Origin: Minisyncoccota bacterium
GTDB lineage: Bacteria; Patescibacteriota; Minisyncoccia; Phycocordibacterales; Zambryskibacteraceae
Direction: 5' to 3'
DNA length: 64,000 bases
Assembly (NCBI GenBank): GCA_036517475.1
Contig: DATDVZ010000009.1
Span: forward strand, 14,524 to 78,523
The notes below the pieces were generated by a model. The model worked only from the letters and a program-made list of their open reading frames with translations. It was not told where the DNA came from and did not search any database. Below are positions 25,808 to 36,600 of the stretch, piece by piece. The position numbers and the translations under genes are program-made. Each line of letters opens with the position of its first letter. The first letter of the stretch is position 1.

Positions 25808-26902
25808 ATGCAAAAAATAACGCTGTCAAAGTTAAAAAATATTAATTTTTTTGGCTCCCTCACATCTAAAGATCAAATTTTCTTTGCCAAACGGCTTGCA
25901 TTCCTAATTAAAGCAGGAGTGCCAATACATGATGCGCTGAATCTGATTAAAGAGCAGACAAGCTCAAAAAAATACAGGAAAGTTTTAGAAAATCTTGTTT
26001 CTAGGGTTTCCGAGGGTGCTTCCCTCTCAAAGGCAATGTCTGCATCCAAAAGAGATTTTGGCGATTTTTCCATTAATATCATTTCTGTGGGCGAGGAAGC
26101 GGGGGTGCTGGCAGAAAATTTAAACTATCTTTCAGAGGAGCTTGAAAAGAGAGAATCCCTCAGAAAGAAGATTATTGGCGCGCTTTTATATCCATTTTTT
26201 ATTTCAATAGCAACACTTCTGATCACAGTGGTGCTGACTATCTTTATTTTCCCCAAAATTGCGCCCATATTTGCAAGCCTTAACACAAATCTGCCGTTCT
26301 CAACAAAAACAATGATATGGGTGAGTAATTTTCTTTCTGAGAGCTGGTTTATAATTTTCCTTCTTCTTTTTTTAATTACTGTTGGAGCAGCAATAGCTGC
26401 AAAAAAGAGCCAAAAATTCAGGAATCTATTTCACAGAAATCTGCTTCGCCTGCCTTTCATCGGCAAAATACTTTTAAATTACAACTTGGCAAATCTTAGC
26501 CGAACTCTCTCGCTTCTTCTTAAAAGCGGAATGACTCTAGGTGAAGCAGTTGCGATTACATCCAGATCTCTACAGAATGTTTCATATAAGGGCGAGTTAA
26601 AGCAGATTGAGACTTCAGTAAATAGGGGTGAAAAAATTTCCGAGTACATAAAGAAAAATAAAAAATTGTTTCCGGAAATTTTTTCATCACTAATAGCTAT
26701 CGGAGAAAGAAGTGGAAATTTATCCGAAACTCTTTTTTATCTCTCAGAGTGGCATGAAAACGAGGTGAATGAGTCTACAAAAAATCTTTCATCTTTGCTT
26801 GAGCCTGTACTTATGCTTATAATGGGGCTAATTGTCGGCTTTATTGCAGTATCAGTAATAACTCCGATTTATGGCATAACACAACATTTAGGACCAAGAT
26901 AA
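25808..26902 (+). CDS. pilC: Type IV pilus/T2SS inner-membrane platform protein (PilC/GspF family)
   Basis: Duplicated GspF domains with three TM segments. Adjacent to the PilB-like ATPase. Confidence 0.88.
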   Translation: MQKITLSKLKNINFFGSLTSKDQIFFAKRLAFLIKAGVPIHDALNLIKEQTSSKKYRKVLENLVSRVSEGASLSKAMSASKRDFGDFSINIISVGEEAGVLAENLNYLSEELEKRESLRKKIIGALLYPFFISIATLLITVVLTIFIFPKIAPIFASLNTNLPFSTKTMIWVSNFLSESWFIIFLLLFLITVGAAIAAKKSQKFRNLFHRNLLRLPFIGKILLNYNLANLSRTLSLLLKSGMTLGEAVAITSRSLQNVSYKGELKQIETSVNRGEKISEYIKKNKKLFPEIFSSLIAIGERSGNLSETLFYLSEWHENEVNESTKNLSSLLEPVLMLIMGLIVGFIAVSVITPIYGITQHLGPR

Positions 26903-27015
26903 ATCCAGCACCATTTTTTATAATTCTCATTTGGAGATCCTGTTTGATTAAACTTATCTTATGTCTGTTTAGTCAACTCCAATACTAATATAAAAAATGG
27001 TGCTGGGTAAATTTT

Positions 27016-27807
27016 TTACAAGAGAAAGAAAATTATTGCAGCAATTATTAACCTATACCAAATAAAAATTTTGAGACTGTGATTTTTCAAAAACTTAATT
27101 AAAAAGCCTATTGAAAGAAACCCGAAAATAAAAGAAAAAATAAATGCTATAAGTAGCGGGAAACCCAATTGAATAATCTCTCCTCCTATAGAAAGATCAA
27201 TAAATTTCTTAAAACCGGATCCTACAAGTATCGGAAATGAAAGGAGGAAACTAAAAAGTGTGGCATCAATTCTTGTAAGCCCCATAAGCAGACCGCCGGA
27301 AATAGTAGATCCTGATCGTGAAATTCCCGGTATTAAAGAAAGTGCCTGAAATAAACCTATTGCAAAACCAGAACCAAGACTTATTTTCTTGTTTTCTTTT
27401 TTATATTTCTCGGCAAAATACATTAAGAGTGATCCAACAATAAGGGCGATGGCAACAAGACTAGTTGCGCGAAAAACAGTCTCCATTTTATCCTCCAGAA
27501 GTAAACCGAGGAAAAACGCCGGTAGGGTGCCTAAAATTATTGCCCAAACTAAGGTTTTTTCTTCCTCCTCAACATTCCTGCCAGTCAAAAGACGAAAGAA
27601 ATTTACAAAAATTTTCCACAGTTCTCTTCTGAAATAAACCAGTACCGCAAGAGTTGTCGCTAGTTGTAAAATTGCATCAACTGACAGATCAGTTGTGGCT
27701 CTGCCAAAAAATTGATGAACTATAACCAAGTGTCCGGATGAGGAAACTGGAATAAACTCGGTAAGACCTTGAACAATTCCTAGAACTGCGGCCTGAAATA
27801 TATCCAT
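27016..27807 (-). CDS. uppP: Undecaprenyl-diphosphatase (UppP/BacA)
   Basis: MDIFQAAVLGIVQGLTEFIPVSSSGH with the SGxTI/SRSG motifs. Polytopic membrane protein. Confidence 0.92.
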   Translation of the reverse strand: MDIFQAAVLGIVQGLTEFIPVSSSGHLVIVHQFFGRATTDLSVDAILQLATTLAVLVYFRRELWKIFVNFFRLLTGRNVEEEEKTLVWAIILGTLPAFFLGLLLEDKMETVFRATSLVAIALIVGSLLMYFAEKYKKENKKISLGSGFAIGLFQALSLIPGISRSGSTISGGLLMGLTRIDATLFSFLLSFPILVGSGFKKFIDLSIGGEIIQLGFPLLIAFIFSFIFGFLSIGFLIKFLKNHSLKIFIWYRLIIAAIIFFLL

Positions 27808-27907
27808 CAGAAAATTTTACCATGTTTTGATAACCTGCTATAATTGCTTTGAGTTTCAATCTTTGGTTTTGTTTTGTTTAACAATTTTACATTTTAATTT
27901 TACTATC

Positions 27908-28621
27908 ATGCCGCCAGAACAATATAATCAGCCACAAGAAAAAAAAGATCCGATCTGGTTAGTCCCACTCTCAATAATTATCTGCGGAGCTCTTATTGGT
28001 GGAGGTATATATTTCTCCTCTAAAAACCCCAAAGGGGAAATAAAAAACTCTCTTCTCGGTGCTGCATCTGCACAGTTAAACCCCGTAACATCTGAAGATC
28101 ATATATTTGGCAATCCAAATGCTTCAGTCTTTGTGGTTGAATTCGGCGACACAGAATGCCCTTACTGCAAAAATTTCCATCAAACAATGAAAAGAGTAAT
28201 GTCAGAGTATGGTGAAAATGGATCTGTAGCATGGGTATACAGACATGCTCCCCTGCATAAGCGCGCGCCCAAGGAGTCTGAGGCAACAGAGTGTGTTGCT
28301 GAGTTGGGCGGAAATGATAAATTCTGGAAATATTTAGATCTAATTTATACAACGACAAGCGGAAATGATACTTTAAATCCTACAGAACTTCCGAAATTGG
28401 CAGTAAGTGTCGGAATAGATGAAAAAAAATTCAATGACTGCCTCTCAAGTGGTAAATACAGCGTCCAAGTGCTATCTGGTATTGAAGAAATATCAAGGGC
28501 TGGCGGCAGAGGAACGCCATTTAGCATAATTATTACCCGATCCGGAGAAAAAGCCCCCGTTGAGGGCGCTCAGCCATATGAAGTAGTTAAAGCAATAATA
28601 GAAGCCGCCTTAAAGCAATAA
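27908..28621 (+). CDS. Membrane-anchored thiol:disulfide oxidoreductase (DsbA-like thioredoxin fold)
   Basis: CPYC active site in FGDTECPYCKNFH. An N-terminal TM anchor follows the Met at 27908. Confidence 0.8.
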   Translation: MPPEQYNQPQEKKDPIWLVPLSIIICGALIGGGIYFSSKNPKGEIKNSLLGAASAQLNPVTSEDHIFGNPNASVFVVEFGDTECPYCKNFHQTMKRVMSEYGENGSVAWVYRHAPLHKRAPKESEATECVAELGGNDKFWKYLDLIYTTTSGNDTLNPTELPKLAVSVGIDEKKFNDCLSSGKYSVQVLSGIEEISRAGGRGTPFSIIITRSGEKAPVEGAQPYEVVKAIIEAALKQ

Positions 28622-28669
28622 ATTAGAACGCCAGAGGGATTGTGAGTATTTAACCTCAGGCGGACTAAT

Positions 28670-29488
28670 TTATTTATCGATAAGTCCCCATCTGTAAATT
28701 TCAAGTGAATCTTTGCCTTCAAACATATCGGAAGGATTGGGCAAAAAAACTCTGCGAGAGTGAATATCTTCTGTTGCATCTTTGAGCAGCCGGTGAAATA
28801 GGACAAATTCTTTCTCGTGTTTTTTAAAATCAATAATGTGTCTGCGAAGTTGCGGTTTGCCGTCCCGGTTTTTCTTCTTTTTACATTCGTAGACAATAAA
28901 TCTTTTCACTGGTTTTTTGAATTCAGAAAGTACCGTGTAATAGTTAAAAAGAGCCTGAATCATAAAGAGTGGATTATCAATATTGAGACTGCCGTAAGAA
29001 TCAACAAATTTATGATCAACAATATCCACTGATTTTGTATCAGCACTTGAGACAACTACAAGATCTGATATTGCTTTGACAGGAATAGCGATACCAGGAA
29101 TTTGAGCGTGAGTCTTTACCTCAACTCCAAGCACTTTGTGTTTTGGTGGACGCTCCAAATAAAAGAAGACTGCTTGTTTGTATTCAGATTCCATATGAAG
29201 ACGTTTTTTCTTTTTTGCTCGCACATTCACTGCTTTGCCAAAGTTTATTTCAAAATCTGAAATTTGCCTTAGGTAATCGAGCCCCAATTGTGTTGCCTCA
29301 TCAACTGAAAATCCGCCGTAAAAATTCTGCAGAGCAACATGAGCGGCGCGCCCTACAATTGATGCTGGAGTTGCTGGTATGTCATAGACACCTTCAACAT
29401 ATCTCTTGTGCCATGCTAAGGGGTTGCGCAGATATGTAATGAGAGAAGAATAACTCCAGTATTTTATTGGATATCGTCTGCGACTCAT
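28670..29488 (-). CDS. PD-(D/E)XK nuclease superfamily protein (Cas4/RecB-like N-terminal motif, no Fe-S cysteines)
   Basis: N-terminal YSSLITYLRNPLAWHKRY motif. D...(D/E)xK-like VDIVDHK. Confidence 0.5.
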   Translation of the reverse strand: MSRRRYPIKYWSYSSLITYLRNPLAWHKRYVEGVYDIPATPASIVGRAAHVALQNFYGGFSVDEATQLGLDYLRQISDFEINFGKAVNVRAKKKKRLHMESEYKQAVFFYLERPPKHKVLGVEVKTHAQIPGIAIPVKAISDLVVVSSADTKSVDIVDHKFVDSYGSLNIDNPLFMIQALFNYYTVLSEFKKPVKRFIVYECKKKKNRDGKPQLRRHIIDFKKHEKEFVLFHRLLKDATEDIHSRRVFLPNPSDMFEGKDSLEIYRWGLIDK

Positions 29489-29582
29489 AAAAGAAATATT
29501 AACATGTGTTTCTTTTCTTCGTCATTCTACATTCGTTATTCCTCAATTCTTTTTCACTCTTATTTTTAGCCTTGTTTTATTC

Positions 29583-29610
29583 TTGACAAAATCTCTTATT
29601 TATGTATAAT
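29583..29610 (+). promoter_or_regulatory. Consensus sigma-70 promoter (TTGACA, 16 nt spacer, TATAAT)
   Basis: Perfect hexamers at optimal spacing upstream of the 29717 gene. Confidence 0.7.
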
Positions 29611-29716
29611 TGACAGCAAATTTTAATGGCTCGAACAGCGGGAGTCATTAAATATAAGCAGTTTCCGCTGAGGCTCTCGCAATTAGCGAGGCCGACTGTT
29701 CTTTCACAGCTAGCAT

Positions 29717-30538
29717 TTGCTAGCAAAAAGAAAGGGTGTTATGGCAACAGGATTACTGACTCTACTTTCAGCACGAGTCATCAACAACAAGGCTGTTCAA
29801 CTGTCAGCAAGACAGGGTGTAAAAATCACTTTTTACGGCTCATCCATGCTTTGTAGTATTCCCTCTTTACCAGACCAAGTACTGGGAACTCACAGAACGG
29901 TAGATGAACTAACTATCTATCCTGATCCTGATGAGGGTAAGGGTGGAATTATTGCGGTAAGTGTATTAAGTACCGAGCGTGATCATAAAGGCAAGCCATG
30001 GTCTGATACAATTTTTGCATTCTTTGAAGTAATCTGGAGGGGAAACCATCCATTTATCAATCTTGATGAAACATGGACTTCCCCAGAGCGTATTGGTCAG
30101 CTCACACAGAAGGACCAGATTATTGTAACCATCAGGAACCGGCGTTACTGTTCTTACAACCACCACCAGTGGAAGAACGGTGAGAGTCAGCCGACTTTCG
30201 TTCCCGACAGTGATCTTCTCTGCCGTTATTTATACGGCACCGCCTCGGCGGCTGATGTACTTCACGCTGCTGTTCAGCATAAGCTGGAGGAATCAGCCAA
30301 GAGCCGCGTTGAGAAACTCTCGACTGAGGTGGCACGTCTGGAATTAGAGAGGTCTCGATGGGAGACGGATGCGCGTTCAATTGGAACCAAACTTTTTCAA
30401 GCGCGTGAATCCAATGGTCTACTACGAGAGAACCTGCGAAATTTCGCCGACAACGAGCTTTCAGGAAGTTGGAAGCCCTCACACCGAAGAATTGCTCAGC
30501 GAATTCGGGAACTACTTGATAGTTCCCCTCGTCTGTAG
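29717..30538 (+). CDS. Hypothetical protein (273 aa; possibly starting at Met 29741), GC-rich
   Basis: Consensus promoter upstream. Strong terminator at 30552-30581. Confidence 0.55.
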   Translation: MLAKRKGVMATGLLTLLSARVINNKAVQLSARQGVKITFYGSSMLCSIPSLPDQVLGTHRTVDELTIYPDPDEGKGGIIAVSVLSTERDHKGKPWSDTIFAFFEVIWRGNHPFINLDETWTSPERIGQLTQKDQIIVTIRNRRYCSYNHHQWKNGESQPTFVPDSDLLCRYLYGTASAADVLHAAVQHKLEESAKSRVEKLSTEVARLELERSRWETDARSIGTKLFQARESNGLLRENLRNFADNELSGSWKPSHRRIAQRIRELLDSSPRL

Positions 30539-30551
30539 CAAATGACTTTTG

Positions 30552-30581
30552 GGCGCCGATGTATCTATCGGCGCCTTTTTT
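30552..30581 (+). terminator. Rho-independent terminator GGCGCCGAT-gtatct-ATCGGCGCC followed by TTTTTT
   Basis: 9-bp GC stem and T6 run. Immediately followed by the 36-bp palindrome. Confidence 0.8.
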
Positions 30582-30584
30582 ACA

Positions 30585-30620
30585 AAACATTCTAACATTC
30601 TGCAGAATGTTAGAATGTTT
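30585..30620. repeat. 36-bp perfect palindrome aaacattctaacattctg|cagaatgttagaatgttt (twin of 11599-11632)
   Basis: Perfect dyad centred on CTGCAG. Sits between convergent genes (29717+ and rpoD-). Confidence 0.7.
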
Positions 30621-31814
30621 TTAGTATCCGCGCAAGCGATTTATCTTCTCGTGTTGTCGGATTTTTTCATGTGCCTTTGCTTCAATCTGGCGGATTCTCT
30701 CACGAGTAACACCGAATACTTTACCTACTTCTTCAAGAGTGTGAGTATAGCCATCAGTTAGCCCGTGTCTCATTTCAAGAATTTTTCTCTCTTTTGGCGG
30801 TAGGTCAGTTAAAATTTCCTTGACTTGATCGGCAATAATTCGATGAGAGGCTTCCTGATCTGGAGAAAGGATTTTATCATCAGGGACAAAATCCCCAAGT
30901 TTGCTTTTCCCATCATCATCATCTCCCACCGGTGTCTCAAGCGAGACTGTGGCCTGATCAATTTTTTCAATATTATAAATTTTTTCTACTTCCAAATTCA
31001 TTTCAACAGCAATTTCTTCCGGCAGAGGGTCTCTGCCTAAATCCTGCGTGAGTCTTCTTACGACTTGCTTGTATTTGGCAATTGTTTCAACCATGTGCAC
31101 CGGCACCCTGATTGTGCGGGACTGATCAGCCAAGGCTCTGGTTATCGCCTGTCTTATCCACCATGTCGCATAAGTTGAGAATTTAAAACCCTTTGTCCAG
31201 TCAAATTTATCAACCGCCTTGAACAACCCCAGGTTTCCTTCTTGAATCAGATCAAGAAGGGTCAGATCTGGGCTTCTACCGACATATTTTTTGGCAATTG
31301 AAACAACCAATCGCAAGTTGGCCCGGGCCAGAAGATTTTTTGCTTCTTCATCCCCTTTTTCAATCCTTCTAGCAAGTTCTTTCTCCTGCGAGCCGGCAAT
31401 GAGGGGGTACTGGCCAATCTCTTTGAGGTACATTTGGATAGAATCATAGGATGAATCACCTTTGTACTCGTATTTTTTGCCCAGTAAATCTTCTTTTTCA
31501 TGAGGCATCTCCAAAAGCCCGCCACCTTCTAAAATATCAATACCGGCTCTATTTAATTTTTCATATAAATCCTCTAGAAAAAAAATATCCTCCTCAATAT
31601 TGGGAAATTCCTTCAAAATCTCATCATATGTGACAAAACCTTTTTCTTTGCCTTTTAAAGTCAGACGATCAACTTTAGAATCAACTTCCCCAAGTTTAAC
31701 ACTTGCTGGTTTTTTTAATTTTGGAAAAACTTTCTTTACTAAAGCTTTCTTTGGTTTTTTCAAAGGTTTGCTCTTTTTTATTTTCCTTACCTTTGTTTTT
31801 TTAATTTTTTTCAT
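30621..31814 (-). CDS. rpoD: Primary RNA polymerase sigma factor (RpoD/SigA) with Lys-rich N-terminal extension
   Basis: Regions 2-4 are conserved, including DLIQEGNLGLFKAVDKFD, TYATWWIRQAITRA and the 4.2 HTH. Confidence 0.93.
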   Translation of the reverse strand: MKKIKKTKVRKIKKSKPLKKPKKALVKKVFPKLKKPASVKLGEVDSKVDRLTLKGKEKGFVTYDEILKEFPNIEEDIFFLEDLYEKLNRAGIDILEGGGLLEMPHEKEDLLGKKYEYKGDSSYDSIQMYLKEIGQYPLIAGSQEKELARRIEKGDEEAKNLLARANLRLVVSIAKKYVGRSPDLTLLDLIQEGNLGLFKAVDKFDWTKGFKFSTYATWWIRQAITRALADQSRTIRVPVHMVETIAKYKQVVRRLTQDLGRDPLPEEIAVEMNLEVEKIYNIEKIDQATVSLETPVGDDDDGKSKLGDFVPDDKILSPDQEASHRIIADQVKEILTDLPPKERKILEMRHGLTDGYTHTLEEVGKVFGVTRERIRQIEAKAHEKIRQHEKINRLRGY

Positions 31815-31868
31815 AAGTACTAAGATGTAATAAGTTTGTGAAAATAATGTGAAGATTCTTAAATGATC

Positions 31869-33584
31869 CTATAATCTTTTGACTGCTAGTTCTGAGAGTT
31901 CTTTTGTAATTTCCTGGCAGAGATTCAGAAGCTCTTTCGACTTTTTTCCATCCTTCTTTTTTTCTGCCTGATCAAGGGCATGCATTGTTTCGATAAATTT
32001 CTCTCTCAATATATCTTCCTTCAGATTATTTAGTAACTCCTCAACTTCCATCTCAAGATTTTCCCTTCCTTCATAATAATTCTCTGCTTCAAATATCAAT
32101 TCTTCTCTATTCCCTTCTGCTTCAGGAAAATCAGATACAATCTTGCCTGTAATTTCCTTCAGCCTATCAAGAATTTTTGATTCATCAATTATCTTACTTT
32201 TCTCTTCTCTTTGCCATAATATTATTCCCAGAAGGCGTCGTTCAATATGATTTTTCCTTTTTTTTATTTCAGTAGCAGTAGTAACCTTTTCTTTTTTTAA
32301 GTTATCCGTCTGTACATATTTAAGTTTTCTCAAATCAAACCATATAGCTTCTTCCGGAATGGAAGTTTTTTTTGAAATCTGTGAAACAAAGTGTGACTGC
32401 TCTATTGCACTTGTGAGTTTGCCAACATAAGGCAGAACTTTCTCTCCGACTTCTTTGGCAAGTTTCCTCCCTTCAACCCTCTGTGCAAGCAAGTCATCAA
32501 GATAAAAATCTATTAGGTGTCTGGAGTTGCGAAGACACGCTTTAAAATTTAGAGCATCATCCTTTAATAACTGCGCCGGATCACTGCCTTTGGGGAGACT
32601 GGCAAGTTTAACTTCCATTCCCAGATCAAGAGCTAAAACTGCGGATTTGTTGGCTGCCAAAAACCCAGCTTTGTCGGCGTCAAATACAAACATAATTTTG
32701 TTTGATAGTTTTTTTAACTTCAATAAATGACCCTCGGTAAAAGCAGTACCCGATGAAGCAACTGTATTGGTAAATCCGGCCTGATGACAAGCAATTAAAT
32801 CCATTTGTCCTTCAACAAGAATTGAGTAATCTTTTTTGCGGATTTCTGTCTTTGCTCTGTCAAACCCATATAGAGTTTCACTTTTATTGAAAAGTTCAGT
32901 CTCGGGAGAATTGATATATTTCGGCGCATCAGGCACATCGTCAAAAATTCTTCCGCTAAAAGCGATAATTCTTCCATTTTGATCAAAAATCGGAAACATG
33001 ATTCTTCCACGAAACACATCATAGAAACCTTCCTTGCTTTGCTCGCTTTTTTTAATCAAGCCGCACTTTAGCATTTCATTGTCATTTACCCTTAGAACAC
33101 TTAAATGATTCTGGAGATTCCTCCACTCATTTTCTGCATACCCCAGACGCCATAATTTAACAGTCTCTTTTTCAAACCCCCTTTGATTCAGATATTGCAT
33201 TGCTTTTTGATTTTTGGCGAGATTTTCTTCAAAATATTTTGATGCTAGTTCCATAATTTCGTATAATTTGTCTTTCTCGCTTCTTGCTTTCGGATCAATT
33301 TTTTCAAGCTCTATTCCGGCACGATCTGCCAGAAGGCGCAGTGCGCCAAGGAAATCAAGGCCTTCCAATTCCTCCACGAAAGTAAAAATGTCCCCTTTTG
33401 CCCCGCAGCCAAAACAGTAATATGTGCCCCGACCGGGTGAAACAAAAAATGACGGCGTTTTTTCATTATGAAACGGGCACTTGGCCTTATAGCTTGCTCC
33501 GGCTTTTTGCAATTTTATATAAGAACCGACCACCTCGGTTATATCAAGCTTTTCTTTAATTTTTTCTACGGAATTAGATGGCAT
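31869..33584 (-). CDS. dnaG: DNA primase DnaG
   Basis: Zinc-ribbon CPFHNEKTPSF...CFGCGAKGD and a TOPRIM domain (EGQMDLI). Confidence 0.92.
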   Translation of the reverse strand: MPSNSVEKIKEKLDITEVVGSYIKLQKAGASYKAKCPFHNEKTPSFFVSPGRGTYYCFGCGAKGDIFTFVEELEGLDFLGALRLLADRAGIELEKIDPKARSEKDKLYEIMELASKYFEENLAKNQKAMQYLNQRGFEKETVKLWRLGYAENEWRNLQNHLSVLRVNDNEMLKCGLIKKSEQSKEGFYDVFRGRIMFPIFDQNGRIIAFSGRIFDDVPDAPKYINSPETELFNKSETLYGFDRAKTEIRKKDYSILVEGQMDLIACHQAGFTNTVASSGTAFTEGHLLKLKKLSNKIMFVFDADKAGFLAANKSAVLALDLGMEVKLASLPKGSDPAQLLKDDALNFKACLRNSRHLIDFYLDDLLAQRVEGRKLAKEVGEKVLPYVGKLTSAIEQSHFVSQISKKTSIPEEAIWFDLRKLKYVQTDNLKKEKVTTATEIKKRKNHIERRLLGIILWQREEKSKIIDESKILDRLKEITGKIVSDFPEAEGNREELIFEAENYYEGRENLEMEVEELLNNLKEDILREKFIETMHALDQAEKKKDGKKSKELLNLCQEITKELSELAVKRL

Positions 33585-33621
33585 TTATTATTCTCCATTT
33601 ATACCCTTCCGCAATCTTAAA

Positions 33622-36600
33622 CTATCCGGGATTATTCATCTCACTTATCATTTTGTGTTTAATACTTCCCTCGTATCCGGAACCAGCGGGAATAAGACGT
33701 CCGATTATGACGTTTTCCTTTAAGCCGACCAATCTGTCATCTGTTCCGCGGATAGCCGAGGCAATAAGCACTCTGGTCGTATGCTGGAATGAAGCAGCAG
33801 AAAGAAAACTTCTTCTTGAAAGGGAAACTTCTGTTATGCCCATCAATACCGGTTCTGCCTTGGCTTCCGTTTTTCCTTTTTCTTTTGCCATTGCATTTGC
33901 CTCAAGGAGATCCGGTTCATCAACCACTTCGCCGGCCGTGAATTCTGTTTCTCCGGAATCTTTTACTTTTCTTCTTGAAAACATCTGCTTAACAATGACT
34001 TCGATATGTTTGCGGGAAACTGTTTCTCCCTGAAGTTCATATGGTTTGGTAATTTCTCTGATTATATATTCCTGAGCTGCTTCCTTGCCGGCGTATTTGA
34101 ATATTTCATCAATATCAGCAGACCCATCAGTTAAAAGATCGCCCTTTTTCACTTTATCTCCTTCTTTAACAAGAACAGTTCTGGTAGCAATAACCGGATA
34201 TTCAATTTTTTCTTTTGATTTTGATGACCCTTCAGGCAAAATAGAAATCATCTTATCCATTCCCTCTTTCTTTATCGCCATAACAATACCGTCAACATGG
34301 GAAATTACCGCTGGATTCTTTGGAGTACGATTTTCAAAAACTTCTTCCACTCTTGGCAGCCCCGCAACAATGTCCCCGCCGACAGATGCTGTTCCTCCGG
34401 CATGGAATGTTCTCATTGTAAGCTGTGTCCCCGGCTCACCAATTGCCTGTGCTGCCACAGTCCCCACCGCCTCTCCCAAATCCACAGTCTTGTGCAGACC
34501 CAAGTCTTCCCCATAGCATTTGACGCATACTCCTTGGGCCGCCTTGCAGTTAAGCGGAGATCGTACTGACACTTCCTTAATTCCCTTTGATTCAATCAGC
34601 TTGGCATCATTTTTTGAGAGAAGTGTCCCTTTTTTAAAAATGACTTCGCCATCCCCTTGTGCTACATCTTCAGCCAAAAATCTGCCCTTGACGTTTTTTG
34701 AGAGAGAAGTTTCAATTCCTGAGGCTCCGACAGAAGAAACCCTGATAAATTCTTTTGTCCCGCAATCTTCCATACTCACAATAGCATCTTGTGCCACATC
34801 AAAGAGACGTCGTGTAAGATAGCCGGCTTTGGCAGTATTTAGCGCTGTGTCAGTCAAACCCTTGCGGGAGCCGTGTGTAGTAATAAAGTATTCCAAAGGT
34901 GTAAGACCCTCCTTTGAACAAGAAATAATAGGAAATTCAATGGTTTCTCCAATGGTATTAGTAATGAGACCCTTCATTCCCGCCATTTGAGTAAGTTGAG
35001 AATGAGAACCTCTGGCTCCGGAATTTAACATGTCATAGACTGAACCGTTAGGATCTAGAGTCCCCGGAACTAATTTCTCAACATCACTTTTTGCTTTGTG
35101 CCAGATTTCAATATGTTCTCGCATTCGCTCTTCAGTTGAAAGAAGTCCGAGATTATACTGTTCAGTAATATTATCAGATTTAATTCTTGCGGCTTTTATT
35201 ATTTTATCCTTGCCTTCTGGAATTATCACATCATCTATACCCCAAGTTATACCTGAGCGAGTAGTGTACTTGAAACCGAAAACTTTGATTTTATCCAGAA
35301 TCGCCGGCAGCTTCTCAATTCCGTAACGTTCTATCAGATCATCAATAAGAACCGACATTCTCTTTCTGTCAATTTCCTGATTCACATACGGATAATCAGA
35401 CGGCAGGACACTATTAAACATTAGTCTGCCTACTGTTGTCTCAAAAATTTTACCTTCAAATTGTTTGTATTTTTCACTCTCAGTTCCCAGAACTTTTATT
35501 AAAGCGCGCTGTCCCACTATTCCGTAATCGTGTGCTGTTATTGCGCTGTTCGGACTCGGATAAATTCTACCCTCGCCCAAATCATCCTTTACTAGCTTGG
35601 TCATCCAGAAACACCCCAGAATTATGTCTAGTTTATCAATTGAAGCAATGAGATTCCCGCTTCCCGGCTTTAAAAGATTTTTATCAGAAGCCATTATCAT
35701 TTTTGCCTCCAATTGAGCTTCTTCTGAAAGGGGCACATGAACTGCCATCTGATCGCCGTCGAAGTCAGCATTAAATGCTGTACAAACAAGAGGATGAACC
35801 TGAATTGCATTTCCTTCAATTAGCACTGGTTTAAATGCCTGAACTGAAAGACGATGAAGGGTGGGAGCGCGATTGAGCAAAACATATTTTCCCGCAATAA
35901 CATCTTCCAAAATCGCCCAGACTTCTGGGATTCCATCTTCAATCAGCCTGCTTGCCCCGCGAATATTAAATGCAAGTTCTTTTTTCAGAAGCTCAGAAAT
36001 TACGAAGGGTTTGAAAAGCTCAAGAGCCATATGCTTGGGCAGGCCGCACTCATTAATTTTCAAATCAGGTCCAACAACAATTACAGAACGACCGGAATAA
36101 TCTACTCTTTTACCTAAAAGATTCTGCCTGAAAATACCTCTTTTGCCTCTTAGATTATCTGCCAGTGATTTAAGGGGTCGCCTCTGCGCCATAGTTGCTC
36201 CCTGAGATCCGGTGTTGCCATGTCGGATTGAGTTATCAAGCAGAGCGTCCACTGCTTCCTGAAGAATTCTTTTTTCATTTCTTAAAATTACATCCGGCGC
36301 GCCGATTTCCTTTAATTTTTTTAGACGGTTATTTCTATTTATAACTCTTCTGTAAAGATCGTTTACATCGGATGTGGCATATCTGCCGCCATCCAAAGGA
36401 ACCATAGGGCGAAGAGCTGGAGGAATAACAGGAATTCTCAAAAGAAACATCCATTCTGGACGCAAGTTATTCTTTATCATCTGTGTTATGAGGCTGATTC
36501 TTCGATTGAGTTTGGGGGTTTCAAGCGCGCTTGCATCTTTAGTATTTTCCTTGAGCTTCCCGAGTAGTTTCTTTAAATCAGTTTTTTTAAGAAGATTGTA

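Noticed and set aside
11599-30620. Idea that the twin 34/36-bp palindromes delimit a 19-kb mobile element
   Set aside because: The interval contains core genes (msrA, uppP, dinB, pilB/pilC, a two-component system) on both strands. It has no integrase or transposase. A terminator or operator role is more parsimonious.
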